64,000 nucleotides of DNA from positions 33,727-97,726 of the forward strand of contig JAKLEM010000001.1 of the NCBI GenBank assembly GCA_022711655.1, given 5' to 3'. Under the pieces are notes generated by a model, which saw only the letters and a program-made list of their open reading frames with translations, ran no database searches and was not told the origin of the DNA. Made by a program: the position numbers and the translations under genes. This document shows, piece by piece, positions 1 through 8,969 of the stretch. The stretch's first letter is position 1, and each line of letters opens with the position of its first letter. Source of the stretch: Candidatus Auribacterota bacterium (GTDB lineage: Bacteria; Auribacterota; Ancaeobacteria; Ancaeobacterales; Ancaeobacteraceae).

Positions 1-74
1 AAGATAGGCTGACGAGCGTATAACCGGCGGGAGCGCCGTCCGGCGATGCTATGCGGTCAGCGGGCTGACTGGTT

Positions 75-956
75 ATGACGAACTCGATCTCGTGGAATAT
101 CCTGGTCTCGATGCGGCCGCGGCAGTGGTCGAAGAACATGCTCGTCTTTGCCGCTCTGCTGTTCTCGAAACATGTTTTCGATCCCGCCTATGTCCTGAAG
201 TCCCTCTGCGCGTTCGCTCTCTGGTGCGCGGTGTCTGGAGGGGTCTATATCGTCAACGACCTGTTCGACCGCAAAAAAGACACGCTCAATCCCCGTACCG
301 CCCGCCGGCCTGTCGCGAGCGGCGCGCTGAGCCCCCGGGCAGCCTCTGCCGCCGCAGCGGCCCTTATCGTCGGATCGCTCGCGGCGAGCGTCCTCATCTC
401 CGTTCCGTTCGCTGCGGTAATGGCGGCGTATCTCTCGCTGACCTTGTCATATACGCTCTGGCTGCGGAATGTGGTGATCGTCGATATCCTGGTCGTCGCG
501 CTCGGGTTCGTGCTGCGCGCGATCGCCGGAGGCGTCGCGATAGGGGTGGAGGTGTCTGACTGGCTGCTCATCTGCACGATGCTCCTGGCGCTGTTCCTGG
601 TGATCAGCAAGCGCCGGTACGAACTGACCCGGCTCGGAGAGGAAAAGGGGGAGTTCAGGGAAAGCCTGAAAGGGTACAGCCTCAACTTCATCGACCAGAT
701 GGTCGCGATCGTTACCTCGACGACGCTTGTCGCCTACGCCTTCTATACGATCAGCGACGTGACGGTGAACAAGTTCCATACCGACAAGCTCAAGTTCACC
801 ATACCGTTCGTCCTGTACGGCATCTTCCGGTATCTCTATATCGTCTACCACCAGAAGCTCGGCGAAAGCCCCGAGACGATCCTCATCAAGGACCGCCCGT
901 TCCTGATCAATCTTTCTTTGTGGGTTGCGTCGCTGCTTGCGATACTTTATTTTTAG
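75..956 (+). CDS. UbiA-family prenyltransferase (decaprenyl-phosphate phosphoribosyltransferase-like)
   Basis: Multi-TM protein with an N-terminal RPRQWSKN motif and a conserved NDxxDxxxD Asp-rich box (YIVNDLFDRKKD), both typical of the UbiA/DPPR-synthase family. Confidence 0.7.
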   Translation: MTNSISWNILVSMRPRQWSKNMLVFAALLFSKHVFDPAYVLKSLCAFALWCAVSGGVYIVNDLFDRKKDTLNPRTARRPVASGALSPRAASAAAAALIVGSLAASVLISVPFAAVMAAYLSLTLSYTLWLRNVVIVDILVVALGFVLRAIAGGVAIGVEVSDWLLICTMLLALFLVISKRRYELTRLGEEKGEFRESLKGYSLNFIDQMVAIVTSTTLVAYAFYTISDVTVNKFHTDKLKFTIPFVLYGIFRYLYIVYHQKLGESPETILIKDRPFLINLSLWVASLLAILYF

Positions 957-3360
957 TTGCCGCGGTTTTCCCTTCAGCCTTCTTGAAGCTGGTCTCCTTC
1001 AGAACGATCTCCTTCGCGCCGGTTTTTGACGGCTTTGACGTTATCGGAGCGATCGCCGCCGCTGTCGTTTTTTTCGCGGGCGCGCTTTCTTTCTTGGAGA
1101 AGAGAAAGCCGATGAACGGCAATTCGAAGCCGTCCTGTTTTACCGGCTGTTTCACGGCGGCTGCGGCGCGCCGGGGCTCGCTTGCCTGAACGGCCGGTGC
1201 CGTCGCGGCGCTTTTCCCGGCGGCGTTTTGCGCGGGCTGCGCAGTTCTGTCAGAGGTTCCGGCCTTATCGGGCTGTTTCTGCTGCGCTTTAACGGTAGCC
1301 GATGCGGTGTTCTTTGCCGCCTGTTTTTTCTTTGAGCGTTTTTTGGGCCTTTTCTTTTTCGCTTTGGGTTCTTCCTTCGTCTGAGTTTCCTTGGCCGCTG
1401 CAAGAGAGCTTCCCGCCGGCGCGTCTTTTTTCTCCGCAACGGCCGGCGTTCCTAATTGCGGTGCGGGGGCGGCCGCCGGAACCGTCACCGGCTTGTTCTG
1501 CGTGATCCCCGCTTTCACCTCGACGGGCGCTGCCGCCGGAGTGACAGCCGCGGTCAGCGCCGCCGGTTTTTCCTGCTGTGCCGGTGCGGCGATCGCAGGC
1601 GTTGCAGCTGCGGCGGGCGGTACGGTCTTCTTCGCCGGCTCGGGGGGTCTCTTCGATCTCGGTGCGGCCGCCGGCAGCTGCGGCGGCGATACCGTTGCGC
1701 CGACCGAGTCGGCCCAAAACGAAACCGCGCTGCTGAAGGCGCCGATGATGTTCGTCGGGTTCGGCACGGCCGCTGACAGCATGGAGACGGGGTTATGCGG
1801 CGTTTGGGCGGAGCCGGATTGCTGCGGCGCAGCCGGCGCTTGTGTGCCTTGCGTAACCTTCTTTGCGCCGTTGAGGCCTGTCTGCGCGGTGCTTGTTGTT
1901 TTCGGTTTCGCCGCGGCGGCGGCCTGCGCCGGCGATAGTTTCGGGATAGTGATGACGGTGCCCGCGGGCAGGTTCAGTTTTTTGCCGTTCAGTGTTTCCT
2001 TATTCGCCTCGAAGATCGCCGGCCACATGGTGTCGTCGTTGTAGTATGCAGGGTATCCGGCGATGATCCAGAGCGTCTCGCCTTCTATGATCGTGTGCTG
2101 TGCGGGCAGCTCTTTCGGCGCGACGTGCAGCGGGGCTTCGTCTGCGACCGGCTGCTGGTTCGCTTGTTGTTGCCGGCGCTGCTTCTTATTGGAGGGCTTC
2201 TTCGCCGGTGCCGGCGCGACAGGCTTTTTTGCCAGGACGGCCGGGTCGAGCCGCGGGATCTTGAGGACCATGCCCGCCTTCGGTTTTTTGTTCTTGCTCA
2301 ACAGATCCTTGTTCGCTTCATAGATGTATGTCCAGAGGCTGTCGTTGTCGTACACTTCCGGCAGCCCGGCGATGATCCAAAGCGTTTCGTTCTCCCTGAC
2401 GGTATACGTTTTCAGTATGTCGTCTTTGCCGGGTTGCGGCGCGGTTCCCTCTGTGTCCGCAGGCTCCTCCGGAGCTGCCGCAGCTTTGTCTTCGGCCGCC
2501 GCAATATTCCTCGCGGCAACGGCTGCCTCGTCATCGCCGGCGTCAGCGGCGGGAAGGGCGGCGGCGACAGGTCTGTCGCGCAGCTCGTCGGCCTTTATCT
2601 CGTCTTCGACGAGGGCGTTGTCGGGGATCTCTTCCTCCTTCACCGTTCCTATCCGGCTCCGGTCTGAGGCCTCGTCTTCTTTCACGATCTCTTCGCGGCT
2701 GGCGGGCGGTATTCCCGTCTTGCCGCTGAGTTTTGCAATCGATTTTCTCGCGGCGGCGGCATTCTCGCCGGCGGGCGCCGCATCGAGGTAGCTCGCGTAA
2801 TAACCGACCGCCTTCTCTGCGCTGCCGCCGTCCTTTTCATGCGCGAGCCCGAGGTAATAATAGGCCTCGCTGAGGTCGGGGTTGATCTTCAGGACGCTTT
2901 CCAGTTCGTTGACCGCGTTCTGCAGATCGTTCAGTTCCAGCGCGATCAGCCCCAGGCGGTAATGCGCGTAGGCGTATGACGGATTGAGAGCGAGTACTTC
3001 GCCAAGCTCGTCGGCCGCCTGCTCGATAAGGCCCTGCTTGTAGTAGATCATGGCCATGTTGTAATGGATCATGTCGGCGAAGGCCGGTTTCAGCGCCGCC
3101 GCGTGCTTGTATTGAACAAGTGCGTCGTCCAGAAGGCCCCGCTCATCGAGCATCTGGCCCTGCTCGAACATCGATTCGGCGATATCGTTGCTCGCCCGGG
3201 GGAATTCCTGTATCTCTTTTTTCACCTGATCGAGCTTCTGGCGTTCTTTTGCGGAGAGTTTCGGCTGTGAGGCCGGCGTTCCCGCGCGCACGGCGCTCCC
3301 CATGAGGCAAGCAAACGCGAAAACCGCCAGGGCGGTGATACGAAATGTGTATGTATTCAT
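907..3360 (-). CDS. Secreted TPR-repeat protein with two LysM-like domains and a long Ala/Pro/Lys-rich low-complexity tail
   Basis: N-terminal signal peptide (MNTYTFRITALAVFAFACLMGSAVRA). TPR-like helices follow (YYKQGLIEQA.., YYYLGLAHEK..). Two repeats match the LysM pattern (YTVRENETLWIIAG...LKIP and HTIIEGETLWIIAG...ITIP). The C-terminal ~400 aa are A/P/K/T/Q-rich. Confidence 0.65.
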   Translation of the reverse strand: MNTYTFRITALAVFAFACLMGSAVRAGTPASQPKLSAKERQKLDQVKKEIQEFPRASNDIAESMFEQGQMLDERGLLDDALVQYKHAAALKPAFADMIHYNMAMIYYKQGLIEQAADELGEVLALNPSYAYAHYRLGLIALELNDLQNAVNELESVLKINPDLSEAYYYLGLAHEKDGGSAEKAVGYYASYLDAAPAGENAAAARKSIAKLSGKTGIPPASREEIVKEDEASDRSRIGTVKEEEIPDNALVEDEIKADELRDRPVAAALPAADAGDDEAAVAARNIAAAEDKAAAAPEEPADTEGTAPQPGKDDILKTYTVRENETLWIIAGLPEVYDNDSLWTYIYEANKDLLSKNKKPKAGMVLKIPRLDPAVLAKKPVAPAPAKKPSNKKQRRQQQANQQPVADEAPLHVAPKELPAQHTIIEGETLWIIAGYPAYYNDDTMWPAIFEANKETLNGKKLNLPAGTVITIPKLSPAQAAAAAKPKTTSTAQTGLNGAKKVTQGTQAPAAPQQSGSAQTPHNPVSMLSAAVPNPTNIIGAFSSAVSFWADSVGATVSPPQLPAAAPRSKRPPEPAKKTVPPAAAATPAIAAPAQQEKPAALTAAVTPAAAPVEVKAGITQNKPVTVPAAAPAPQLGTPAVAEKKDAPAGSSLAAAKETQTKEEPKAKKKRPKKRSKKKQAAKNTASATVKAQQKQPDKAGTSDRTAQPAQNAAGKSAATAPAVQASEPRRAAAAVKQPVKQDGFELPFIGFLFSKKESAPAKKTTAAAIAPITSKPSKTGAKEIVLKETSFKKAEGKTAATKNKVSQAATQPTKKD

Positions 3361-3468
3361 GCAGGGCTCCTTTGGAAGCCATTACTATACCATTTTCCGC
3401 AGCGGATGCCTCATCTATTTTCTTTGCCATTTTATTCTTTACGTTACGGGTGCGACTTCATAAGATGT

Positions 3469-4152
3469 ATGATCTTTGTCTCGGGGTGGAAGGTGCGCGA
3501 CCGCAAACGTCTGCTGGACATATACGGACTGATGAAGAAAGCGCACGGCCATCAGGGCTGGTGGCCGGGCGACACGCCGCTGGAGATCGCCGTCGGCGCG
3601 ATCCTGACGCAGAATACGGCATGGACGAACGTGGAGAAGGCGATCCGGTGCCTGAAGGCCGCGCACGCGCTTTCCTTGGCGCGGCTGCGGGCGATCCCGC
3701 CGGCGCGGCTTGCCGCTCTGATCCGTGCCAGCGGGTACTATACCGTCAAGGCAGACAGGCTTAAGGAGTTCATCGCGTTCGTAGACGCGCGTTTCGGCGG
3801 GAGCTTCGATCGGATGTTCTCCTGCGATCCCGCCGAACTGCGCGGCCTGCTGCTTGGCGTGAAAGGGATAGGCCCCGAGACGGCAGACTCGATCCTGCTC
3901 TATGCGGGCGGCAAGCCGGTGTTCGTCGTCGACGCGTACACGAAGCGGATATTCGGGCGTCTCGGCTTCCTGGGAGGGGACGAACCCTACGATGAGATAC
4001 AGCGCTTCTTTACAGAGCGGCTCCCGGTCGATACGGCTCTCTATAACGATTATCACGCGCAGATCGTCATGCTGGGCAAAAGCGTTTGTCGGCCGAAACC
4101 GCGCTGCGATGCGTGCCCGCTGAGGCGCCGCGGCTGCGTTATTGAACGGTGA
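3469..4152 (+). CDS. HhH-GPD / endonuclease III-like DNA glycosylase with a 4Fe-4S cluster loop
   Basis: GWWPGDTPLEIAVGAILTQNTAWTNVEKA and LLGVKGIGPETADSILLYA match the HhH-GPD fold. The C-terminal CRPKPRCDACPLRRRGC is a Cx6Cx2Cx5C FeS loop. Start chosen at the first ATG of the ORF (3469), upstream of the conserved RKRLLDIY block; the ORF-track start at 3406 is probably an extension. Confidence 0.7.
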   Translation: MIFVSGWKVRDRKRLLDIYGLMKKAHGHQGWWPGDTPLEIAVGAILTQNTAWTNVEKAIRCLKAAHALSLARLRAIPPARLAALIRASGYYTVKADRLKEFIAFVDARFGGSFDRMFSCDPAELRGLLLGVKGIGPETADSILLYAGGKPVFVVDAYTKRIFGRLGFLGGDEPYDEIQRFFTERLPVDTALYNDYHAQIVMLGKSVCRPKPRCDACPLRRRGCVIER

Positions 4153-4165
4153 CGGAAAGGCCGGT

Positions 4166-4693
4166 ATGGACGTCTACGATGCCATCAGGACCCGCCGGAG
4201 CGTACGTGAATACGCCGCCGGTCCGGTGCCGGCCGATACGGTCGTCCGGCTGGTCGACGCGCTGCGCCTTGCGCCCTCGGCGGTGAACGCGCAGCCGTGG
4301 CGGTTTATCATTGTGGCCGATCAGGCGGCCAAGGAAAGCCTCGTACCGGCGTGCAAAGGCCGGCAGTGGATAGCCAGCGCCGCTCTGATCGTCGTCGCCT
4401 GCGGTTTTCCCGAGAAGGCGTACAAGGCCATGGGCGGGAGCAGGAACAGCGTCGATATCGATTGCGCGATCGCGCTCGATCACCTGAGCCTTGCCGCGCG
4501 GAGCGAGGGGATCGGAACCTGTTGGATCGGTGCGTTTGATGAGGTTGCCGTAAAGAGAACCTTGAAGATACCCGCTGAAGCGCAGATCGTCTCGATGATG
4601 ACGGTCGGCTATCCGGCGAAGGCCGGCGCGTTCCGCGCGGCAGAAGGGCTGAGGAAGAGCAGAGATGAGATCGTTTCGTATAATACCTATTAG
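4166..4693 (+). CDS. Nitroreductase family protein
   Basis: DAIRTRRSVREY N-terminus and a PWRFIIV core motif. Start moved to the ATG at 4166, which has a GAAAGG RBS. Confidence 0.75.
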   Translation: MDVYDAIRTRRSVREYAAGPVPADTVVRLVDALRLAPSAVNAQPWRFIIVADQAAKESLVPACKGRQWIASAALIVVACGFPEKAYKAMGGSRNSVDIDCAIALDHLSLAARSEGIGTCWIGAFDEVAVKRTLKIPAEAQIVSMMTVGYPAKAGAFRAAEGLRKSRDEIVSYNTY

Positions 4694-5804
4694 CGCCGGG
4701 ATCGCGGCGTTGGCCGTTCTTGCCGCAGGCTGCAGCATGCTCAAGTTTACGAGCGCGCCGGCCGAAGAGAAGCCGGCCCCGGTCCGGGACGGCATGAAAG
4801 AATTTCGCGGCGCGCTGCACGTGCATACCTTTTATCCCGCGGACAAAGGGAGCATCGAGAAGCTTGCCCGGACCGCGAATGCCCTGGGGCTCGATTTCGT
4901 GCTGGTCTCAGACCATAATTCTCTTGCCGCTCTGCAGGGCGGCAAAGAGGGGATGTACGGCAAGACGCTGGTGCTGATCGGCGACGAGGTCTCTACCGAC
5001 GAGGGGCATCTCCTCGTCTGCGGTATCTCCCGGCCGATCAAGGGGACGGCGTCTCGGTATGTCGTCGAGCAGATACGCCGGCAGGAGGGCGTTGTCTTCA
5101 TCGCCCATCCTTTCGCGAAAGATTATCGTTGGAAGAACTGGTCGTTCGGCGATTTCGACGGGATCGAGATATACAATACGCAGGCGAACATGCTCGACGA
5201 GGATTTCCTGTCGCTTGCGGTAAAGGGCGTCGCGCTGTTCCCCGACGAGTTCTACCGCTCGATCATCAAGATCTCGCCCGATGCGCTTGCGAGGTGGGAC
5301 AGGCTTCTCATGAAGCGAAAAACCGTCGGTATCGGCAGTACGGACGCGCACGAGAGCCACGGCCTTCCCGGTATGGAGATCGACTCCTACCAGGTCATGC
5401 TCAAGACGATTAACTGCCATGTCATCGCCCGCGAGCTGTCGAAGGCGCAGGTCGTCGAAGCGCTCCGCGCCGGGCGCCTCTTCTTTTCATTCGATATTTT
5501 CGCAGATCCGTCCGGTTTCGCTTTCTACGTCAAGCGGGGCGAGCGCACGTTCCACATGGGTGACACGCTGAAGGCGCAGCCCGGCGACACGCTGTGCGTT
5601 TCGGTGAACAGGAAGACGTACGTCAAGGTGGTGCACAACGGCCGGCCGATCCACGAAGCGGAGACCGACAGGATCGAGATCCCGCTGCGCGGCCCGGGTT
5701 TCTACCGCGTCGAGGTGTATGTCAACCGCCGCCCCTGGATATTCTCCAACCCCATCTATGTCGAGTTATCCGATGAGACGGATAAGGCTGCGTTGAGCCG
5801 CTAA
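4665..5804 (+). CDS. PHP-domain metal-dependent phosphoesterase, lipoprotein
   Basis: Lipobox LAAGC after the signal peptide. HVHTFYPADKG and VSDHNS His-rich PHP motifs (CehA/McbA-like). Confidence 0.6.
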   Translation: MRSFRIIPISAGIAALAVLAAGCSMLKFTSAPAEEKPAPVRDGMKEFRGALHVHTFYPADKGSIEKLARTANALGLDFVLVSDHNSLAALQGGKEGMYGKTLVLIGDEVSTDEGHLLVCGISRPIKGTASRYVVEQIRRQEGVVFIAHPFAKDYRWKNWSFGDFDGIEIYNTQANMLDEDFLSLAVKGVALFPDEFYRSIIKISPDALARWDRLLMKRKTVGIGSTDAHESHGLPGMEIDSYQVMLKTINCHVIARELSKAQVVEALRAGRLFFSFDIFADPSGFAFYVKRGERTFHMGDTLKAQPGDTLCVSVNRKTYVKVVHNGRPIHEAETDRIEIPLRGPGFYRVEVYVNRRPWIFSNPIYVELSDETDKAALSR

Positions 5805-6805
5805 CATATCCGCGGCAGTTGTTCGCCCACCGGCATGTCGACGATCCGCTCTCCGCCCGCCGACGTCCGCATAATGACCTTTCCTTCCGGCCGCGATGTG
5901 ACTTCGCCGACGACGGCCGCATCCGTGCCGAGGAGCTCTTGTTTCAGCGCCCGCAATACGGTTTGCGCTTCGCGCCTCTTGACGATCAGCACCGCTTTCC
6001 CTTCGTTCGCGATATGCAGAGGATCGAACCCCAGGATTTGCGATGCCTCGCGGACGCCGACACTCACCGGCAGCGCATCTTCCTCGATGACGATGCCGAA
6101 GCTCCGGTCCTCGACGATCTCGTTAAGCACCATCGCGACGCCGCCGCGCGTCGGGTCGCGCATGAATCGTATCCCCGGCTCGGCGGCAAGCGCTTTCTGC
6201 AGGAGGCGGTTCAGCGGGGCGCAGTCGCTGCGCAGGCGCGTCGAGAAGCTGAGCTGTTTGCGAGCGGAAAGCGCCGCTATGCCGTGATCACCGATCGTGC
6301 CGGTGACAATGACCGCGTCGCCGGCGCGGATCCTGTCGATACCGAGCCGCAGTCCCTGCGGCACGACGCCGATCCCCGTGGTCGTGATGAACAGCTTGTC
6401 GCATGCCCCCTTCTCGACGACCTTCGTGTCACCGGCGACGACCGGGATGCCGGCCGCTCGGCCGGCGGCGGCCATGGACCTGACGATCTTCTCCAGTGTC
6501 TCGACCGGCAGCCCCTCCTCGATAATGAAGGCGGCGGCAAGATACCGGGGGATCGCGCCGGAAACGGCAAGGTCGTTGACAGTGCCGCAGACGGCGAGTT
6601 TACCGATGTCCCCGCCGGGGAAAAATAGAGGCTGGATCACGAACGCATCGGTGGTGAAGGCGATCCGGCCCGCAGGCATGGCCAGCAGTGCCGCGTCGTT
6701 GAGCTGCTTGATCACCGGGTTGGCGAAATGTCTGACGAAGATCTTTTTGATGAGTTCGTGCGTCCGCCTGCCGCCGCTGCCGTGCGATAGTAGTATCGTG
6801 TCCAT
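5801..6805 (-). CDS. hypE: [NiFe]-hydrogenase maturation protein HypE
   Basis: MDTILLSHGSGG N-terminus and AIR-synthase-like PurM fold motifs. It ends in the invariant C-terminal PRIC cysteine. Start re-derived at 6805; the ORF-track 425 aa version carries an Arg-rich extension. Confidence 0.85.
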   Translation of the reverse strand: MDTILLSHGSGGRRTHELIKKIFVRHFANPVIKQLNDAALLAMPAGRIAFTTDAFVIQPLFFPGGDIGKLAVCGTVNDLAVSGAIPRYLAAAFIIEEGLPVETLEKIVRSMAAAGRAAGIPVVAGDTKVVEKGACDKLFITTTGIGVVPQGLRLGIDRIRAGDAVIVTGTIGDHGIAALSARKQLSFSTRLRSDCAPLNRLLQKALAAEPGIRFMRDPTRGGVAMVLNEIVEDRSFGIVIEEDALPVSVGVREASQILGFDPLHIANEGKAVLIVKRREAQTVLRALKQELLGTDAAVVGEVTSRPEGKVIMRTSAGGERIVDMPVGEQLPRIC

Positions 6806-6813
6806 ATATGTCC

Positions 6814-7899
6814 TTACTGTTCGTATGTATAGTACGCGGCGCAGGTCCCTTCGGACGATACCATGCAGGCGCCGACCGGGTGTTCGGGGGTGCATTTCTT
6901 TCCGAACAGACGGCAGGCGGGCGGCAGGATCGCCCCTGCGAGGATCTCGCCGCACCGGCAGCCGCGCGGTTCGCGGGATACGACATGCGACAGGTCGAAA
7001 ACTTGTTCCGCATCGACGCACGCAAAGCTGCCTCGCAGGCGCAACCCGCTGCCGGGGATGGTGCCGATGCCGCGCCATTCTGCATCGGCCGGCTCGAATA
7101 CGCGCTCGGCAATATCTCGCGCCTTCCGATTCCCTTCGGGGCGCACGACGCGGTCGTATTCGATCTCGACATCATGGCGTCCCTCGGCTGTCTGCACGAG
7201 AAGCATAGCGATCGCCCGCACGACGTCGATCGGCTCGAACCCCGCGACGACGCAGGGGACGTTGTGCCGGGCGGCAATGGCGCGATAGGGAAGAGAGCCG
7301 GTGATCGCGCTGACATGCCCCGGGCACAGGAATCCGTCGAGAGCGGCCTTGCCTCCCGCGAGGAGAGCGTCCATCGCATGAGGCACCGTCTTGTTCGCGC
7401 AGAGGAAAAACAGGTTACGGATCTCAGCGTCGCCGGCGTGCAGTATCGTCGCGGCGATACCGGGCGTGGTGGTTTCGAAGCCGACGGAAAGGAATACGAC
7501 ACGTTTGCCGGGGTTGTCCCGCGCCACCCGCGCCGATTCGATCGGCGAGTAGACGATCCGTATGTCGGCGCCCCGCGCCCGTTCCCGCTCAAGGCACGAC
7601 GCTGTCCCCGGGACGCGGAACATATCGCCGAAGGTGGTGACGACGCAGTTTTTCTCCCGGCACAGGGCGATCGCCTTGTCGACGTAGGAGATCGGCGTGA
7701 CGCAGACGGGGCAGCCGGGGCCGGATGTGAGACGGATATGAGGCGGGAGCATTTTTTTTAAACCGGCGCGCGCGATCTCCATCGTGTGCGTTCCGCACAC
7801 CTCCATGAAAGTAACGCCCTCTCCCGGGACGGGCAGCGTTTTGATGCGCTCGATCAGGGCGCGGATCATCGAGTGATGAGCGCTGTCATGCTTTTTCAT
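6814..7899 (-). CDS. hypD: [NiFe]-hydrogenase maturation protein HypD
   Basis: CGTHT, GPGCPVCV and FLCPGHVS conserved Cys motifs of HypD; 361 aa. Confidence 0.85.
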   Translation of the reverse strand: MKKHDSAHHSMIRALIERIKTLPVPGEGVTFMEVCGTHTMEIARAGLKKMLPPHIRLTSGPGCPVCVTPISYVDKAIALCREKNCVVTTFGDMFRVPGTASCLERERARGADIRIVYSPIESARVARDNPGKRVVFLSVGFETTTPGIAATILHAGDAEIRNLFFLCANKTVPHAMDALLAGGKAALDGFLCPGHVSAITGSLPYRAIAARHNVPCVVAGFEPIDVVRAIAMLLVQTAEGRHDVEIEYDRVVRPEGNRKARDIAERVFEPADAEWRGIGTIPGSGLRLRGSFACVDAEQVFDLSHVVSREPRGCRCGEILAGAILPPACRLFGKKCTPEHPVGACMVSSEGTCAAYYTYEQ

Positions 7900-8122
7900 G
7901 CCGGGCGCGCCTTTCGATCAGCGTGTTAAGAGCCCTGAACATCTGCCGGGCCCGTTTCCGGTCGAGCTTTTCGATGGCGAAGCCGGCATGAACGATCACG
8001 TAGTCGCCCACCGCGGGGCTCTCGATCAGCGAAAGGTCGACCGCCTGCCGGACCGCGTTCATTCGGGCGGTTCCCGTCTCTCCGTCAATATTGATAAGCT
8101 GCATCGGCGCTGCCAGGCACAT
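7886..8122 (-). CDS. hypC: Hydrogenase assembly chaperone HypC/HupF
   Basis: Begins MCLA(A)P, the canonical N-terminal Cys2 of HypC; ~78 aa. AAGGAGG RBS 7 nt upstream. Overlaps the hypD start by 14 nt. Confidence 0.8.
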   Translation of the reverse strand: MCLAAPMQLINIDGETGTARMNAVRQAVDLSLIESPAVGDYVIVHAGFAIEKLDRKRARQMFRALNTLIERRARHEKA

Positions 8123-8173
8123 GCATGATCCTCCTTGCGCTGTTGTTATATTGCTCAATCGTCGGATTATACT

Positions 8174-8189
8174 GCATTACCAGCGCCAA
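8174..8189 (-). promoter_or_regulatory. Candidate sigma-54 (-24/-12) promoter upstream of hypCDE
   Basis: Minus-strand reading TGGCGCTGGTAATGCA against the consensus TGGCACG-N4-TTGCA. GG and GC are spaced by exactly 10 nt, about 50 nt upstream of the hypC ATG. rpoN is present in this window. Confidence 0.35.
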
Positions 8190-8462
8190 CATATATGAAA
8201 AAGACAGGAGGATCCGGCTATGAGCGGCGGCGTTCTCTCATCCTGCGACGCGGTCCTGCGCAAGGGAATGCGTGATTCCGGATGACCGCCTGCATGGGGC
8301 CTTCTTCTGCGGCTGTTGTCTTACTGTTCACATTCTCGGAAAGTTCAGGGTCGATGGCGAGATAATCGCGTTAATTATGTTTGCCTGATCCATTTTTCGT
8401 TAGACATGCGCCGGGAATTTGTGTAGCATTTAGCCAACAGTAAAAAAATAAGGAGGTGTTGT

Positions 8463-8843
8463 ATGAAGAAAGTATTGGCAGTGGTGATAGCGGTTGCGTT
8501 TGTGGCCGGGTATTCCGGTATTGTCTTTGCCGCCTGCGGTAGCTGCGGGATGGGCAAGGCCGAATCGAAAGTTAACAAGGGCCTCAAGAAGGCCGGCAAG
8601 ACGGTCGCCGGCGCCGGTGAGACCACGGGCAAGGTTGCGGGAGGCGCGCTGAAAGAGGGCGGCGTTATCGTCGAGGGCGCGGGGAAGACGACCGGCGAGA
8701 TCGTTGAAGGGGCGGCAAAGACGGCGACGGAAGTCGGAAAAGGAGCAGCAGACAGCACCGGCAAGATCGTCGAAGGAGCAGGCGTTTCATCGCAGGAGAT
8801 CGTCGGCGATGCGGTGAAGAACGTCGAAGGGAAGAAAGAATAA
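8463..8843 (+). CDS. Small secreted Cys-containing protein with 11-residue Gly-rich repeats (paralog 1 of 4)
   Basis: Signal peptide MKKVLAVVIAVAFVAGYSGIVFA, a CGSCG motif, then seven clean 11-mers (GAGKTTGEIVE type). AAGGAGG RBS. Confidence 0.6.
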   Translation: MKKVLAVVIAVAFVAGYSGIVFAACGSCGMGKAESKVNKGLKKAGKTVAGAGETTGKVAGGALKEGGVIVEGAGKTTGEIVEGAAKTATEVGKGAADSTGKIVEGAGVSSQEIVGDAVKNVEGKKE

Positions 8844-8969
8844 ACGTCTGAAAAAATGCGCTCTCCTGTTTCGCAGCATTCGTGCGATGACGGGGAAGCA
8901 AAATAAAACTTTACATTTTTTCAGGTTTCGGTAATAATCTACTCGAAAACAAACAAAAAGGAGGCTGTT

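Noticed and set aside
1152-2791. Several plus and minus ORFs inside 907-3360
   Set aside because: Alternative frames of the low-complexity tail of the TPR/LysM gene. Only the minus-strand frame has a signal peptide, TPR and LysM motifs.
3406-3468. Upstream start for the endonuclease III-like gene
   Set aside because: The family N-terminus aligns from RKRLLDIY...GWWPG onward. 3469 is the first ATG in that ORF, and the 3406 start implied by the ORF track is presumably a non-ATG alternative start. The extra residues are hydrophobic junk and overlap the divergent promoter region.
6806-7078. 90-residue Arg-rich N-terminal extension on the hypE ORF
   Set aside because: HypE proteins start at MDTILLSHGSGG. 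The extension would overlap hypD and is Arg/Pro-rich with no homology.
5819-7761. Plus-strand ORFs (269, 303 and 317 aa) and a 330 aa minus-strand ORF over hypE/hypD
   Set aside because: hypE (PRIC C-terminus) and hypD (CGTHT, GPGCPVC) are unambiguous on the minus strand; the others are Arg-rich antisense or alternate frames.
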